A stretch of 64,000 bases of DNA from Acidobacteriota bacterium (GCA_016716715.1 JADJVE010000006.1:129259-193258); one strand, 5' to 3'; numbered from the stretch's first letter, positions 28,370-41,454 are shown. Translations and numbers: made by a program. The notes: generated from the sequence alone by a model not told the origin.

Positions 28370-29704
28370 ATGTCGGGCGTGTCAACGAATCCCCGCGAGA
28401 GGCGCCTCTTCGTCGAGGCGCTCGGCTGCAAGGTGAGCCGCATCGACGCGGGTTGGGCCGCGGCGACCTTCGCCCGCGCGGCATCGCCGGCGGGGGCCGA
28501 CGTCGTCCTCCTCCACGGCTGCGCGGTCACGGAGCGCGCCCTGCGCGACGGGCGGCGGGCCGTCCGCCGGCTCCGCCGCGAGAGTCCGGAGGCGACGCTC
28601 GTCGTCTCGGGTTGCTTCGCCGAGGACGAGGCCCTCGGCCTCGCCGCGATGCGCGAGGTCGACCTCGTCGTCCCTCTCGCCGCGCGCGCCGGCCTCGGGG
28701 CGCTCCTCGACGCTCGCGACGCGGGCCTTCTCCCCGGCAAGATCGCGGGCGACGACGGAACCTGCGGCGCTGCACTCTTCGCGATGCCCGCCGAGGGACG
28801 GGCCGCGTCGGCGCTCCTCGACGCCGGCCGCACGCGCGCGTTCCTGAAGATCCAGGACGGCTGCCGCCGGCGCTGCGCGTTCTGCATCGTCCCGAAGCTG
28901 CGCGGGGCCGAGCGCAGCGCCTCGCGCGCCGACGTCGCGGACGCCGTGCGGGCGCTGGGCGCATCGGGCGTCCCCGAGGTCGTCCTGACGGGCATCCACC
29001 TCGCGGCGTTCGGCGGGAGCGAAGGCGACGAACGCGGCCTCCTCGCCCTCCTCGATGACCTCGAGCGCGACCCACCGGCGTGCCGCGTGCGCCTCTCGTC
29101 GCTCGAACCGATGGAGGCCGGCGTCGAGCTCGCGGCGCGCGTCGCGGCGTCGCGCGTCGTCGTCCCGCACCTGCACCTTCCGCTCCAGTCGGGGTCCGCC
29201 TCCGTCCTCAGGCGGATGCGCCGCGGGATCGTCCCGTCGCGCTATCGGTCCCTCGCCCTCGCGGCCGTGCGCGCGAACCCGCGCCTGCACCTCGCGACCG
29301 ACCTCATCGCCGGCTTCCCGGGCGAGACCGACGCCGAGTTCGAGGAGACGCTGCGCTTCGTCGAGGATCTCCCGTTCGCGTCCCTTCACGTCTTCCCGTT
29401 TTCCCCGCGCGCCGGGACGGACGCGGCCGCGTGGCACCGCGAGAGCGCGGTGCCGGCCCGCACGGTGACGGAGCGGGCACGTGCGCTTCGCCGCCTCGGG
29501 GACGCAAAGGCCGCCTCCTTCGCGGCCCGCGCGTCCGGCACGGTCGCGGACCTCGTCGTCCTTCGCGGCGGACGAGGCCTGACCGACCACTACCTCGACG
29601 TCGGGCTGCGCCTCCCGGCCGCCGACGCGGCGCCCGGCCGCCGGCTCGCGGTTCGCCTGGCCGCATCTCCGGAGGACGGCACGCTGGAAGCGCATCCCTG
29701 CTAG
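28370..29704 (+). CDS. mtaB: Radical-SAM methylthiotransferase of the MiaB/RimO/MtaB family (MtaB-like)
   Basis: N-terminal MTTase domain (LGCKVSRID...LLHGCAVTERA), radical-SAM CxxxCxxC (GCRRRCAFCIVP), and a C-terminal TRAM-like region. Confidence 0.8.
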   Translation: MSGVSTNPRERRLFVEALGCKVSRIDAGWAAATFARAASPAGADVVLLHGCAVTERALRDGRRAVRRLRRESPEATLVVSGCFAEDEALGLAAMREVDLVVPLAARAGLGALLDARDAGLLPGKIAGDDGTCGAALFAMPAEGRAASALLDAGRTRAFLKIQDGCRRRCAFCIVPKLRGAERSASRADVADAVRALGASGVPEVVLTGIHLAAFGGSEGDERGLLALLDDLERDPPACRVRLSSLEPMEAGVELAARVAASRVVVPHLHLPLQSGSASVLRRMRRGIVPSRYRSLALAAVRANPRLHLATDLIAGFPGETDAEFEETLRFVEDLPFASLHVFPFSPRAGTDAAAWHRESAVPARTVTERARALRRLGDAKAASFAARASGTVADLVVLRGGRGLTDHYLDVGLRLPAADAAPGRRLAVRLAASPEDGTLEAHPC

Positions 29705-29736
29705 ACTTCGCCCCCCTAAAAAGCCTGAGGTGAGTC

Positions 29737-30477
29737 ATGTCCGGTCACAGTAAGTGGAGCACGATCAAGCACAAGAAGGGCGCCGCCGACGCCAAGCGCG
29801 GGAACCTCTTCACGAAGCTGATCAAGGAAATCACGATGTCCGCCAAGGTCGGCGGCGGGATCATCGAGTCGAATCCGCGCCTGCGCTCGGCGGTCCTCGC
29901 CGCGAAGAAGGCGTCGATGCCCTCGGACAACATCGACAGGGCGATCAAGCGCGGCACGGGCGAGCTCGAGGGCGTCACCTACGAGGAGCTGATGTACGAG
30001 GGCTACGGTCCGGGTGGTGCTGCGCTCCTCATCGAGGTCATGACGGACAACAAGAACCGTACGGCTTCGGAGATCCGCCATCTCCTGACGAAGTACGGCG
30101 GCAACATGGCCGCTTCCGGCGCCGTGGCGTTCCAGTTCTCGAAGAAGGGCTACATCGCGGTCGAGAAGAGCGCCGTCAAGGAAGATGCGCTCATGGAGCT
30201 CGCGCTCGAATCGGGCGCCGAGGACTTCAAGGCGGAGGACGCGGACGTCTTCGAGGTCTACACGGACCCGATGTCCTTCGAGACCGTGAAGGCCGCGATC
30301 GAGGCGAAGAACATCGCCGTCCAGACGGCCGAGATCCAGATGGTTCCGCAGAACACGGTTGCCGTTGAGGACAAGGCTCCCGCGCTCATCAAGCTCCTCG
30401 AGATGGTCGAGGACAACGACGACGTGCAGAAGGTCTGGTCGAACGGCGACATCGACGAGAAATACCTCCAGGAGTAG
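29737..30477 (+). CDS. yebC: YebC/PmpR-family transcriptional regulator
   Basis: [22 protein letters not shown]...: highly conserved YebC N-terminus; 246 aa. Confidence 0.9.
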   Translation: MSGHSKWSTIKHKKGAADAKRGNLFTKLIKEITMSAKVGGGIIESNPRLRSAVLAAKKASMPSDNIDRAIKRGTGELEGVTYEELMYEGYGPGGAALLIEVMTDNKNRTASEIRHLLTKYGGNMAASGAVAFQFSKKGYIAVEKSAVKEDALMELALESGAEDFKAEDADVFEVYTDPMSFETVKAAIEAKNIAVQTAEIQMVPQNTVAVEDKAPALIKLLEMVEDNDDVQKVWSNGDIDEKYLQE

Positions 30478-31008
30478 ATGAGGATCCTCGGCGTCGATCC
30501 GGGGAGCCGAGCGGCCGGATGGGCCGTCGTGGACTTCACGGCGGCGCCCCGGCTCGTGGCGGCCGGCGTCATCCGGCCCCCGTCGGCCCTCCCCTTCGCC
30601 GAGCGCCTCGCCCACCTCCACCGCGCACTCACGGAGATCGCCGGGCGCGAGGCGCCTCAGGCCGCGGTCGTGGAGAAGGTCTTCGCGGGCGTCAACGCCC
30701 AGAGCCTCATCACCCTGGGCGAGGCGCGCGGCGTCCTCCTCCTCGCGCTCGCCCAGGCCGGTCTCGCTCCGGCCGAAATCACGCCCGCCGAGATCAAGCG
30801 CGCCGTGGCTGGCTCGGGCACCGCCGAGAAGGAGCAAGTCCGCCGGATGGTCACCGCCCTCCTCGGGAAGCGCCTCGCCCTCGACGCATCGGACGCGGCC
30901 GCGGCGGCCCTCGCGCACGGCTTCGTCGTCGCCCGGCGGGGCGCGACGCGCGGCCCGGAGGCGCTCACCGCCGCCGCGCGCGTCGTCGTCCGGCGCCCTG
31001 CGGGCTGA
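30478..31008 (+). CDS. ruvC: Crossover junction endodeoxyribonuclease RuvC
   Basis: MRILGVDPGSRAAGWAV... (catalytic Asp in VDPG), ..TPAEIKRAV.GSG.AEKEQV. It follows yebC immediately, the conserved yebC–ruvC arrangement. Confidence 0.9.
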   Translation: MRILGVDPGSRAAGWAVVDFTAAPRLVAAGVIRPPSALPFAERLAHLHRALTEIAGREAPQAAVVEKVFAGVNAQSLITLGEARGVLLLALAQAGLAPAEITPAEIKRAVAGSGTAEKEQVRRMVTALLGKRLALDASDAAAAALAHGFVVARRGATRGPEALTAAARVVVRRPAG

Positions 31009-31058
31009 CGCGTGTTGAGGAAAGCCGCCTCCGGCTGCTATCGTCCGGACGGCAACTG

Positions 31059-31958
31059 ATGTCTTTTCAAGGTTCTCTGAACGAGCTGCCGCTCGCCGAC
31101 ATCGTCCAGCTGGTCGCGGTTTCCGGCAAGACGGGCATGTTCTCGATGACGCGTGCGTCCGAGAAGGGATACGTCTATCTCCAGAACGGGCAGATCACGC
31201 ACGCGAAGGTCGGCGACGTCGAGGGGGACGACGCGATCTACGCGCTCGCGCTCTGGAACCAGGGCACGTTCCAGTTCTCCCCGGGCGTCGAGAGCGACGC
31301 GCACACGATCACGCGCTCGAACACGAATCTCCTCCTCGAAGCCGCCCGCCGCAGCGACGAGTGGAAGATCCTGTCGCGCAAGATCCCGGCGACCGACTCC
31401 GTGCCCGTCCTCGTCGCGCGCGACGGCATGACGGGCCCCGTCACGCTGACGCCCCTCGAGTGGCGGGTCGTGACGAAGACGGACGGCCAGCGCTCGATCG
31501 AAGACATCGCCCGCGGCCTGAAGCTCTCGTCCTTCGACGTCGCCAAGACCCTCTACGGGCTCGTGACGGCCGAGCTCGTCGAGATCTCCAAGGCGCGCGC
31601 CGCCACCGCCCGGGTTCTGTCCACGGTCGCGGCGCCAGCCATGCCTCCCGCCACGGGCCAGAGCGTCGCGAACGTTTCGACGCACAGCGGCGCCTTCCAG
31701 GCTCTCTCGAAAGGCGACGAGAAGCGCAGCCTCCAGATTCTCTGCACGAAGGTGAAACAGGAGGCCGAGGGCGCGGCCGGAGCCGCCGGAGACGTCTCGA
31801 TCGAGCGCCCGTACCGCGCGGCGCTGGCCGAACTCGACCGCGGCCGGGGTCTCGACGTCGTGCGCGACCTGATCCGGACCCTGGAAGAGGCGATCGCCGC
31901 GCTGCGCGGCCCGGCGGCCGCCCGCGGGTTCCGCGAGAAGATGAATCCCCTCCTCTGA
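31059..31958 (+). CDS. DUF4388 (PATAN-like) domain protein
   Basis: The internal ATG gives MSFQGSLNELPLADIVQLVAVSGKTGMFSMT..GYVYLQNGQITHAKVGD.., the DUF4388 N-terminal signature. The 5' part of ORF 30519..31958 overlaps ruvC in another frame and was discarded. Confidence 0.7.
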   Translation: MSFQGSLNELPLADIVQLVAVSGKTGMFSMTRASEKGYVYLQNGQITHAKVGDVEGDDAIYALALWNQGTFQFSPGVESDAHTITRSNTNLLLEAARRSDEWKILSRKIPATDSVPVLVARDGMTGPVTLTPLEWRVVTKTDGQRSIEDIARGLKLSSFDVAKTLYGLVTAELVEISKARAATARVLSTVAAPAMPPATGQSVANVSTHSGAFQALSKGDEKRSLQILCTKVKQEAEGAAGAAGDVSIERPYRAALAELDRGRGLDVVRDLIRTLEEAIAALRGPAAARGFREKMNPLL

Positions 31959-32104
31959 CCGTTAAGTCCTTCCCCTCGTTTGCTCTCGAAGGCCGGGACG
32001 GGTTAGACTCAATCGGCAATTTCCCGTCTTCTGAGCATCGGTTCGAGGCAAGTCCCCGCCAAACCCGGGCACGCACGCCCGATGCAGGCGGCAAAGGAGA
32101 TTCG

Positions 32105-33490
32105 ATGAGACGGATGCGGACCCGACTGTCCCTCGCCGCGGCCGTGTGTTTCGTGCTCTCCCTCCCGGCGCGGGCGCAGGTCGCCCCGACCCTCTCGGGC
32201 GAAACGGGCCTGTTCGAGATCACGACCGCCGACATGCTTGCGGGCGGCCGATTCTCCCTGGGCCTGTCGTGGAGCATGTGGCCCCGGACGGCGGCGCCGG
32301 TCCCCAACTCGTCGCCGTATCCGGACGACCCGCTCCGCTACGACCTCCAGCGCATCGGCGGCAGCATCGGCTACGGCCTCACCGACCGCTGGGAGCTCGT
32401 GTTCGGGACCGGCGGGAACCGGTACAACGCCGACTCGTACGCCTGGCACGGCATGGTCAACGGCCGCGCTCTCTACGGCGGCTTCACGCACTCCGAGATG
32501 GACAAGGTCCGGATCGGGACGAAGCTCCTCCTCAACCCGCGCGATCCGGTGCGCGTCACGATTTTCGGCGGCATCGCGATCCCCACGCAGTCCGAGAACG
32601 ACGTGAACGCGATCGGGACGTATCGCGCCGACTACGATTTCGGCACCTCGTTCACCTACGGCTGGGTCACGTTCCAGTCGAGCTACGTCCTCAAGGGAAC
32701 CATCGGAACCGGCTCGCCCTCGCCGGGCGGGTTCCCGAGCGGCTATACCCTCTCCAACGAGTGGCGGAACGCCGTCGGCATCGCGGTTCCCATCGTGCCG
32801 AGGGTCTTCAAGGCCATCGGCGAGATCAACCGGGTCCACTACGACGGCGGAACGACCCAGGCCTCGGACTACTCCGAGGCGCTCATCGGCGGGCGCGTCT
32901 GGTTCGGCGACTTCTCCGCCTCCGGCGCGGTTCGCATCGCGATCGACCAGTGGTCCAAGTACGGGTCGACCCCCACCCCCATCGGCGGACTCGTCCAGTT
33001 CGCCTACGCGCCGCCGGTCCTGCAGCCCGCGAAGACCAAGATCGTCCTGCCCGACGAGCCCCCGCCGCCGCCGGAACCGGTGCCCGCGGCCCCCGCGCCC
33101 GCACCCGTCGTCGCACCCGCGCCGGCCCCGGCCGAGACCGCCGTCGTGACCGCTCCCGCCGCGCGCCCGGCGACCTCGACGACGGACGAGATCCTGTTCG
33201 ACCCGGCCAAGAGCCGCCTGACGAACATCGCCAAGGCGATCCTGGACGGCGTCGCCCTCCGCCTGAAGAACAATCTCGCGGCGGCGTGCACCGTCTCAGC
33301 CTGGACGGACGCCAAGGAGAAGGGCGACCGCGCGGCGCTCGCGAAGGCCCGCGCCGAGGCCGCGAAGGACTACCTCATGAAGAGGCACGGGATCGACGGC
33401 TCCCGCATCGCGACCGAGGTGAAGGGCGACGGCGACGCCGGCGACGCCACCCGCAACCGCCGGGCGGTCGTCTCGGTCACGTTCCCCTGA
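32105..33490 (+). CDS. OmpA-family outer-membrane protein (N-terminal beta-barrel-like region + C-terminal OmpA/MotB peptidoglycan-binding domain)
   Basis: Signal peptide MRRMRTRLSLAAAVCFVLSLPARAQ. The C-terminal OmpA-like domain is ..ILFDPAKSRLTNIAKAILDGVALRLKNN...TDAKEKGDRAALAKARAEAAKDYL...NRRAVVSVTF. There is an APAPAPV linker. Confidence 0.8.
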   Translation: MRRMRTRLSLAAAVCFVLSLPARAQVAPTLSGETGLFEITTADMLAGGRFSLGLSWSMWPRTAAPVPNSSPYPDDPLRYDLQRIGGSIGYGLTDRWELVFGTGGNRYNADSYAWHGMVNGRALYGGFTHSEMDKVRIGTKLLLNPRDPVRVTIFGGIAIPTQSENDVNAIGTYRADYDFGTSFTYGWVTFQSSYVLKGTIGTGSPSPGGFPSGYTLSNEWRNAVGIAVPIVPRVFKAIGEINRVHYDGGTTQASDYSEALIGGRVWFGDFSASGAVRIAIDQWSKYGSTPTPIGGLVQFAYAPPVLQPAKTKIVLPDEPPPPPEPVPAAPAPAPVVAPAPAPAETAVVTAPAARPATSTTDEILFDPAKSRLTNIAKAILDGVALRLKNNLAAACTVSAWTDAKEKGDRAALAKARAEAAKDYLMKRHGIDGSRIATEVKGDGDAGDATRNRRAVVSVTFP

Positions 33491-33510
33491 GCCTCTCCTG
33501 ATTCGACCCG

Positions 33511-33537
33511 CCACGGCAGCGTTACACTGACGCTGCC

Positions 33538-33541
<4 letters not shown>
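33511..33541 (+). terminator. Perfect 11-bp stem / 9-nt loop hairpin (CCACGGCAGCG-TTACACTGA-CGCTGCCGTGG) 20 nt after the ompA-like stop; no U-tract
   Basis: Read directly from the sequence. It may act as a transcript-end or stability element. It overlaps the annotated GTG start of the next ORF, so the true AI-2E start may lie further downstream. Confidence 0.4.
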
Positions 33542-34829
<1,288 letters not shown>

Positions 34830-35735
34830 CTAGCCGGCCAGGTTCTTCCGCCGCACCGCGAGGAGGCCGCCGGCGACGCCGGCGGCGACGCCGAACGCGA
34901 GCAGGAGCAGCGACGTCGACCCGGGCAGGAACCGCACGGCGAAGACTCCGAGAAACGCGTTCTTCGTCGCGGCGACCCACGCGATGACCCCGCGGTACAC
35001 GAGCCAAAGCCCCCCGACCGCGAGCGCCGCGCCGAGGAGGCCCTGCGCGAGGCCGCCGAGGACGAACGGGCCGCGGATCAGGAGCTCGGGCGCGCCGACG
35101 AGGCGCAGGATCTCGATCTCGTCGCGGTGAAGGAGGATCGTGAGCCGCACGACGTTCGCGATCGTGAACGCGGCGCCCAGCGTCAGGAGCGCCGCGAGGA
35201 CGAAGCCCGCGATCTTCGCGAGCTGCACGGCGCCGCGCAGCCGGCGGATCCAGTCCACGTCGAACTGGACCTCCTCGACCGCGCGGTGCGCGGCGAGGTT
35301 CTTCAGGAAGCCCGGGATCGCCTCGGACGCGACGGCGGACGGCTCGAGCTCCAGCTCGAGCGACTCGGGGAACGGGTTCGTCGGGAGCGCGCGAGCGGCG
35401 GGCGCGAGGGAGCGCCACCAGTCCGAGAAGCGCGCGCGCGCCTGCTCGGGCGTCACGCGCTTCGTCTTCGCGACGAGGCGCGAGTCCCGCGCGACGCGTT
35501 CGAGGTCCGCCCGGTCCGCATCCGTCACGCCGGGCCTCAGGAACACCGTCACCGCCGACTCGTCCCGCACCGTTTCGACCACGCCCCGGAGGTTCTCCGC
35601 GACGAGGAAGAACGCGCCGACGAGGCCGATCGAGATCGCGATGAGCGCGACCGAGAGTGACGTCATGCGGCGCGCCCTCACGAGACTCTCGGCCGTCTCG
35701 CTCCATAGCGCGCCGAGCGACGCCGCGCCCTTCAC
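34830..35735 (-). CDS. ftsX: Cell-division ABC transporter permease FtsX
   Basis: 301 aa with the typical FtsX topology: N-terminal TM, large periplasmic domain, three C-terminal TMs (..LRLVGAPELLIRGPFVLGG..). Confidence 0.85.
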   Translation of the reverse strand: MKGAASLGALWSETAESLVRARRMTSLSVALIAISIGLVGAFFLVAENLRGVVETVRDESAVTVFLRPGVTDADRADLERVARDSRLVAKTKRVTPEQARARFSDWWRSLAPAARALPTNPFPESLELELEPSAVASEAIPGFLKNLAAHRAVEEVQFDVDWIRRLRGAVQLAKIAGFVLAALLTLGAAFTIANVVRLTILLHRDEIEILRLVGAPELLIRGPFVLGGLAQGLLGAALAVGGLWLVYRGVIAWVAATKNAFLGVFAVRFLPGSTSLLLLAFGVAAGVAGGLLAVRRKNLAG

Positions 35736-36442
35736 CGGGGCGACTCCTCGCGGCGGTGGGCCGCCTGCGGGGGAAGCGCCCCCTCCACGAGCCCCTCGAC
35801 GACGCCCCCGCCGTCCAGCGTCAGGCAGCGGCGCCCCGTCTCCCGGATGAGGTCCTGGTCGTGCGTCGCGACGAGCACCGTCGTCCCGCGCAGGCTGATC
35901 TCGACGAGGAGCTTCATGACCTCTTGCGCGAGGCGGTGGTCGAGGTTGCCCGTCGGCTCGTCGGCCACGAGGAGCACGGGGTCGTTCACGAGCGCGCGCG
36001 CGAGCGCGACGCGCTGCTGCTCGCCTCCGGACAGCTCCTCGGGGAGGGCCGACATGCGGTGATGCAGCTCGACGAGGCGCAGCGTCTGGTACGCGCGGCG
36101 CCGGCGTTCCGCCGCGGGCACGCCGAGGAACTTCTGCACGTACGTGACGTTCTCGAGGACCGTCCGGCGCGGCAGGAGCTTGTAGTCCTGGAAGACGACG
36201 CCCATCGAGCGGCGGAGCGACGGGACACGCGACGGCGGCATCCCGCTCACGTTCATTCCGTTCACGATGATCTGTCCCTCGGTGGGCGCTTCGGCGCGGA
36301 AGATCATCCGGAGGAGCGTGGTCTTGCCCGCGCCGGAAGGCCCCGTCAGGAACAGGAACTCGCCCTTCTTGGCCTGGAACGTGACGTCCTTGAGGACGCG
36401 GCGGCCCTGGTATTCCTTGGCGACCCGGTAGAACTCGATCAC
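35732..36442 (-). CDS. ftsE: Cell-division ABC transporter ATP-binding protein FtsE
   Basis: The GTG start at VIEFYRVAKEY is in frame with the stop at 35732. Walker A GPSGAGKTTLL, signature LSGGEQQRVALARAL, Walker B LLVADEPTGNLD. The upstream 460 aa of the ORF are junk. Confidence 0.9.
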   Translation of the reverse strand: MIEFYRVAKEYQGRRVLKDVTFQAKKGEFLFLTGPSGAGKTTLLRMIFRAEAPTEGQIIVNGMNVSGMPPSRVPSLRRSMGVVFQDYKLLPRRTVLENVTYVQKFLGVPAAERRRRAYQTLRLVELHHRMSALPEELSGGEQQRVALARALVNDPVLLVADEPTGNLDHRLAQEVMKLLVEISLRGTTVLVATHDQDLIRETGRRCLTLDGGGVVEGLVEGALPPQAAHRREESPR

Positions 36443-37902
36443 GCGGGGGGCCCGAGCATTTCCTTCAGCAAACGGTTCACGACCGCCGGGGCGGCCTTGC
36501 CGCCCGTCGCCTTCATGACCTGCCCGACGAACCACCCGAACGTCGCGGCCTTTCCGCCGCGGTAGGCGGCGACCTGCTCCGGGTGCGCGGCGATCACCGT
36601 CGCGACGGCCTCTCCGAGCGCGCCCTCGTCCGCGATCTGGACGAGGCCCTTCTCCTTCACGACGTCGCCCGGCGCCTTCCCGGTTTCGATGACCTCCGGC
36701 AGGATCTCCTTCGCGATCTTTCCGGAGATCGTCCCGGCGTCGATGAGCGCGACGAGGGCCGCGAGGTGACCCGGCGAAACGGGCACGCGCCCGGCCTGCC
36801 GGTCCGCGTCGGACATCCGGCCGAGGAGGTCCGACAGGAGCCAGTTCGCGACCGCCTTCGGGTTCGACGGGTGCGCGGCGACGGCCGCCTCGTACCAGTC
36901 CGCGAAGGGCCGCGACGAGCACAGGAGCTCCGCGTCCGCGTCCGGCAGCGCGTACTGCGCCGCAAACCGCTCCGCGCGCGGCTCCGGCATCTCCGGCAGC
37001 GAGGCGCGCACCGCGTCGACCCACACCGCGTCCACCTCGAGGGCGCCGAGGTCGGGGTCCGGGAAGTAGCGGTAGTCCATCGCCTCTTCCTTCGTCCGCA
37101 TCGTCTTCGTCGCGCCCGTCGCCGGCTCGAAGAGGCGCGTCTCCTGCACGACCGTGCCGCCCGCGGAGAGGACCGCCGCCTGCCGCGCGATCTCGTGCTC
37201 GAGAGCCTTCTTCACGTGCGCGATCGAGTTGAGGTTCTTGATCTCGACCTTCACGCCCAGCGCGCTCGCGCCGCGGGGCCGGAGCGAGACGTTCGCGTCG
37301 CAGCGCAGCGAGCCCTCCTCCATGTTCCCGTCCGAGGCGTCCACCCAGCGCACGAGGCGGCGCAGCCGCAGGAGATAGTCGAAGGCCTCCTCCGGCGAGG
37401 CGATCTCGGGCTCCGTCACGATCTCGATGAGCGGCGTGCCGGCCCGGTTCAGGTCGACGAGCGAGGCGGACGACGCCACGTCGTCCCACGGGACCTCGTG
37501 CATGGACTTGCCCGCGTCCTCCTCGAGGTGGATCCGGTTCAGCCGGATCTCCCGGCGGCCGGCGTCCGTCTCGACGGCGACGCGGCCCCCGGTCGCGAGC
37601 GGCCGCTCGTACTGCGAGATCTGGTAGCCCTTCGGGAGGTCGGGATAGAAGTAGTTCTTCCGTTCGAAGACGGACCGTGCCTGAACCGCGCACCCGGCCG
37701 CGAGCGCGACGCGCAGCGCGAGCGTGACCATCTCGCGGTTCGGGACCGGCAGCGTGCCGGGGTAGCCGAGGCAGACCGGGCACACCGCGGTGTTCGGCGG
37801 AGCGCCGAAGGTCACGGGGCACGCGCAGAACGTCTTGCTCTTCGTCTTGAGCTGCGCGTGCACCTCGAGCCCGATCACCGGCTCGAACGGGGACGTCGGC
37901 AT
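36439..37902 (-). CDS. gatB: Asp-tRNA(Asn)/Glu-tRNA(Gln) amidotransferase subunit B
   Basis: MPTSPFEPVIGLEVHAQLKTKSKTFCAC... is the canonical GatB N-terminus; 487 aa with a C-terminal YqeY-like domain. Confidence 0.9.
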   Translation of the reverse strand: MPTSPFEPVIGLEVHAQLKTKSKTFCACPVTFGAPPNTAVCPVCLGYPGTLPVPNREMVTLALRVALAAGCAVQARSVFERKNYFYPDLPKGYQISQYERPLATGGRVAVETDAGRREIRLNRIHLEEDAGKSMHEVPWDDVASSASLVDLNRAGTPLIEIVTEPEIASPEEAFDYLLRLRRLVRWVDASDGNMEEGSLRCDANVSLRPRGASALGVKVEIKNLNSIAHVKKALEHEIARQAAVLSAGGTVVQETRLFEPATGATKTMRTKEEAMDYRYFPDPDLGALEVDAVWVDAVRASLPEMPEPRAERFAAQYALPDADAELLCSSRPFADWYEAAVAAHPSNPKAVANWLLSDLLGRMSDADRQAGRVPVSPGHLAALVALIDAGTISGKIAKEILPEVIETGKAPGDVVKEKGLVQIADEGALGEAVATVIAAHPEQVAAYRGGKAATFGWFVGQVMKATGGKAAPAVVNRLLKEMLGPPA

Positions 37903-37940
37903 CCCGCGAGTGTAGCGGAGGAGCGTGGGTTCGGACGGCG

Positions 37941-39166
<1,226 letters not shown>

Positions 39167-39170
<4 letters not shown>

Positions 39171-40570
39171 CCCGCGTCCGGGACGAGCTTGCCGGGGTTC
39201 AGGATTCCCTTGGGATCGAGCGCCGCCTTCACGGCCCGCATCGCGGCGAGAAACGCGGGCGGGCGGCGCAGCGGGAGGAATTTCCGGAGCGTCAGGCCCA
39301 CGCCGTGCTCGCCCGTGATCGTCCCGCCGAGCGCCACGGTCTCCTCGTACACCGCCGCCATGACCGCTTCGACCGCCGCCTCGTCGAACGCGGCGCTCCC
39401 CTCGTTGAGGAGGCGCACGTGGAGGTTGCCGTCCGCGGCGTGTCCGTAGGCGAAGGCCCGGAGGTGCGCCTCGGCGGCCCGTTTCCTCACGCCCGTCACG
39501 AGCGCGACGAGCTCCGAGCGCGGGACCGCGAGGTCCAGCTCGAACGAAACCCCGAGCTCGTGGATCGCCTCCGCGATGCCGCGGCGGACGTCCCAGAGCG
39601 CGCGGCGGCGCGGCTCGTCGGCCGCGAGCGCGACGTCGAGCGCTCCGCACTCGAGGAGAACCTCTCCCGCCGCCGTGATCTCGCGCTCGACGTCCTCCTC
39701 CGCCGCGCCGTCGAAATCGAGAAGGAGCCGCGCCTCCGCCTCGGGAAACGGCACGGGAACGCCCTTCTTCTTCGACGCGACCTCCACCGCAGGCCTGTCG
39801 ACGACTTCGCAGGCCGACGGCACGAGGCCGCGGCGGTGGATCTCGAACACGGCCTTGACGGCGGACTCCAGCGACGCGAACGGCGCGAGGACCGTGGCCC
39901 CGGCCGCGGGCTTCGCGATGAGGCGCAGCCACGCCTTCGTGACGACGGCGAGCGTCCCTTCGCTTCCCACGAGGAGCGACGTGAGGTCGTAGCCCGCGAC
40001 ATCCTTGCGCGTCTTGCCGCCTGTCTCGGCGACCGAGCCGTCCGCGAAGACCGCCTCGAGGCCCATCACCCAGCGTCCCGTGACGCCGTACTTCGCGGCG
40101 TGCGGCCCGCCCGCGTTCTCGGCGACGTTGCCGCCGATCGTGCACGAGCCGCGCGAGGCCGGGTCGGGCGGGTAGTACAGGCCCTTCTCCTCGACGGCTT
40201 CCTGGAGCGTCTGCGTCACGACGCCCGGCTCGGCGACGGCGACGAAGTTGTCCGTGTCGATCTCGAGAATGGACGTCATCCGGTCGAGGGCGAGGCCGAG
40301 CCCGCCGAAGACCGCAAGCGCGCCGCCCGACATCCCCGTGCGGCCGCCCTGCGGCGTGACGGGGATCGCCCGCTCGTTGCAGAACGCGAGGAGGCGCGAC
40401 ACCTCCGCCGTCGTGCGCGGCCGCGCGACGGCGGCCGGGACGGCGACGAGGTCGCGCGTCCAGTCCTTCGCGTACGGTGCGAGGTCGTCCGCAGCCGCGA
40501 GGAGGTGCGTCTCTCCGACGATCGCCGCGAGGGCGCGCGCTTCCTCGGGAGAGATTTCGCGCCGCGCCAC
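39167..40570 (-). CDS. FAD-linked oxidase, GlcD / D-lactate dehydrogenase-like
   Basis: FAD-binding PCMH domain (VTPQGGRTGMSGGA...) and a C-terminal FAD-oxidase domain (EHGVGLTLRKFL). 467 aa. Confidence 0.85.
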
Positions 40571-40584
40571 GCGGCGATCTTAAG

Positions 40585-41454
40585 ATGGCGCCCATGACGC
40601 GCGTCGCCTTTCTCGGGCTCGGCGCCATGGGCGCCCCCATGGCCCGGCGGATCCTCGCCGCCGGCCTTCCCACGACCGTCTGGAACCGCAACCCCGCCCG
40701 CACGGCGCCTTTCGCGGCGCTCGGAGCCTCCGTCGCGCAGACGCCGCGCGCGGCGGCCGCGGCGGCGGAGATCGTCTGCACGATGCTGTCCGACCCCGCG
40801 GCCGTCGAGGCCGTGGCCTCCGGCCCCGACGGGCTCCTCGCGGGCCTCGCGCCCGGAGCGCTCTGGCTGGACTTCTCGACGGTGACACCCGCGGCATCGC
40901 GTTCCTTCGAAGCGCTCGCCCGCGAGAAGGGAGCGCGTTTCTGCGACGTCCCCGTCGCGGGCAGCGTGAAGCCCGCGACGGACGGGACCCTCAAGATCCT
41001 CGCGGGCGGAGATCCGGCGGACCTCGAGAAGGCGATTCCGGTTCTCGAGGCCGTCGCGAAGGGCGTCCTGCACTTCGGAGCCGTCGGACAGGGTTCGGCG
41101 ATGAAGCTCGTCAACAACCTCCTCTTCGGCGTCACGCTCGCAGCGTTCGGCGAGGCGCTCGGCCTCGCCAGGCGCCTCGGCCTGCCCGAGAAGGAGACGA
41201 CGGAGTGGCTCCTCTCGATCCCGTCCGTCTCGCCGTACATCAAGGCGAAGCTGGACCACCTCGCGGCGGGCGGCGAGCCGCCGGCGTTCCAGCTCGCCCT
41301 CATGGAAAAGGACCTGCGCCTCATGGTTGAGGCGGGCGGCGGCCCGGCGGCAGCGCCCGTCGTCGAGGCCGCGCGTGCCGACTACGAGCGCGCGCGAAAG
41401 GCGGGCCTAGGCGAGAAGGACTTCTCGCACGTCCTCAAGTTCCTCAAGAGCTAG
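40585..41454 (+). CDS. NAD(P)-dependent oxidoreductase of the 3-hydroxyisobutyrate / 6-phosphogluconate dehydrogenase family
   Basis: Rossmann GxGxxG at the N-terminus (MTRVAFLGLGAMGAPMARR) and the family motif (SAMKLVNNLL). The internal ATG gives 289 aa. It is divergent from the FAD-oxidase gene with only about 14 bp between the start codons. Confidence 0.8.
   Translation: MAPMTRVAFLGLGAMGAPMARRILAAGLPTTVWNRNPARTAPFAALGASVAQTPRAAAAAAEIVCTMLSDPAAVEAVASGPDGLLAGLAPGALWLDFSTVTPAASRSFEALAREKGARFCDVPVAGSVKPATDGTLKILAGGDPADLEKAIPVLEAVAKGVLHFGAVGQGSAMKLVNNLLFGVTLAAFGEALGLARRLGLPEKETTEWLLSIPSVSPYIKAKLDHLAAGGEPPAFQLALMEKDLRLMVEAGGGPAAAPVVEAARADYERARKAGLGEKDFSHVLKFLKS

Noticed and set aside
25567-28995. 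1142-aa minus ORF overlapping the kinase gene in another frame
   Set aside because: No domain structure and extreme Arg/Gly content. The in-frame REC–kinase–TonB_C ORF explains the region.
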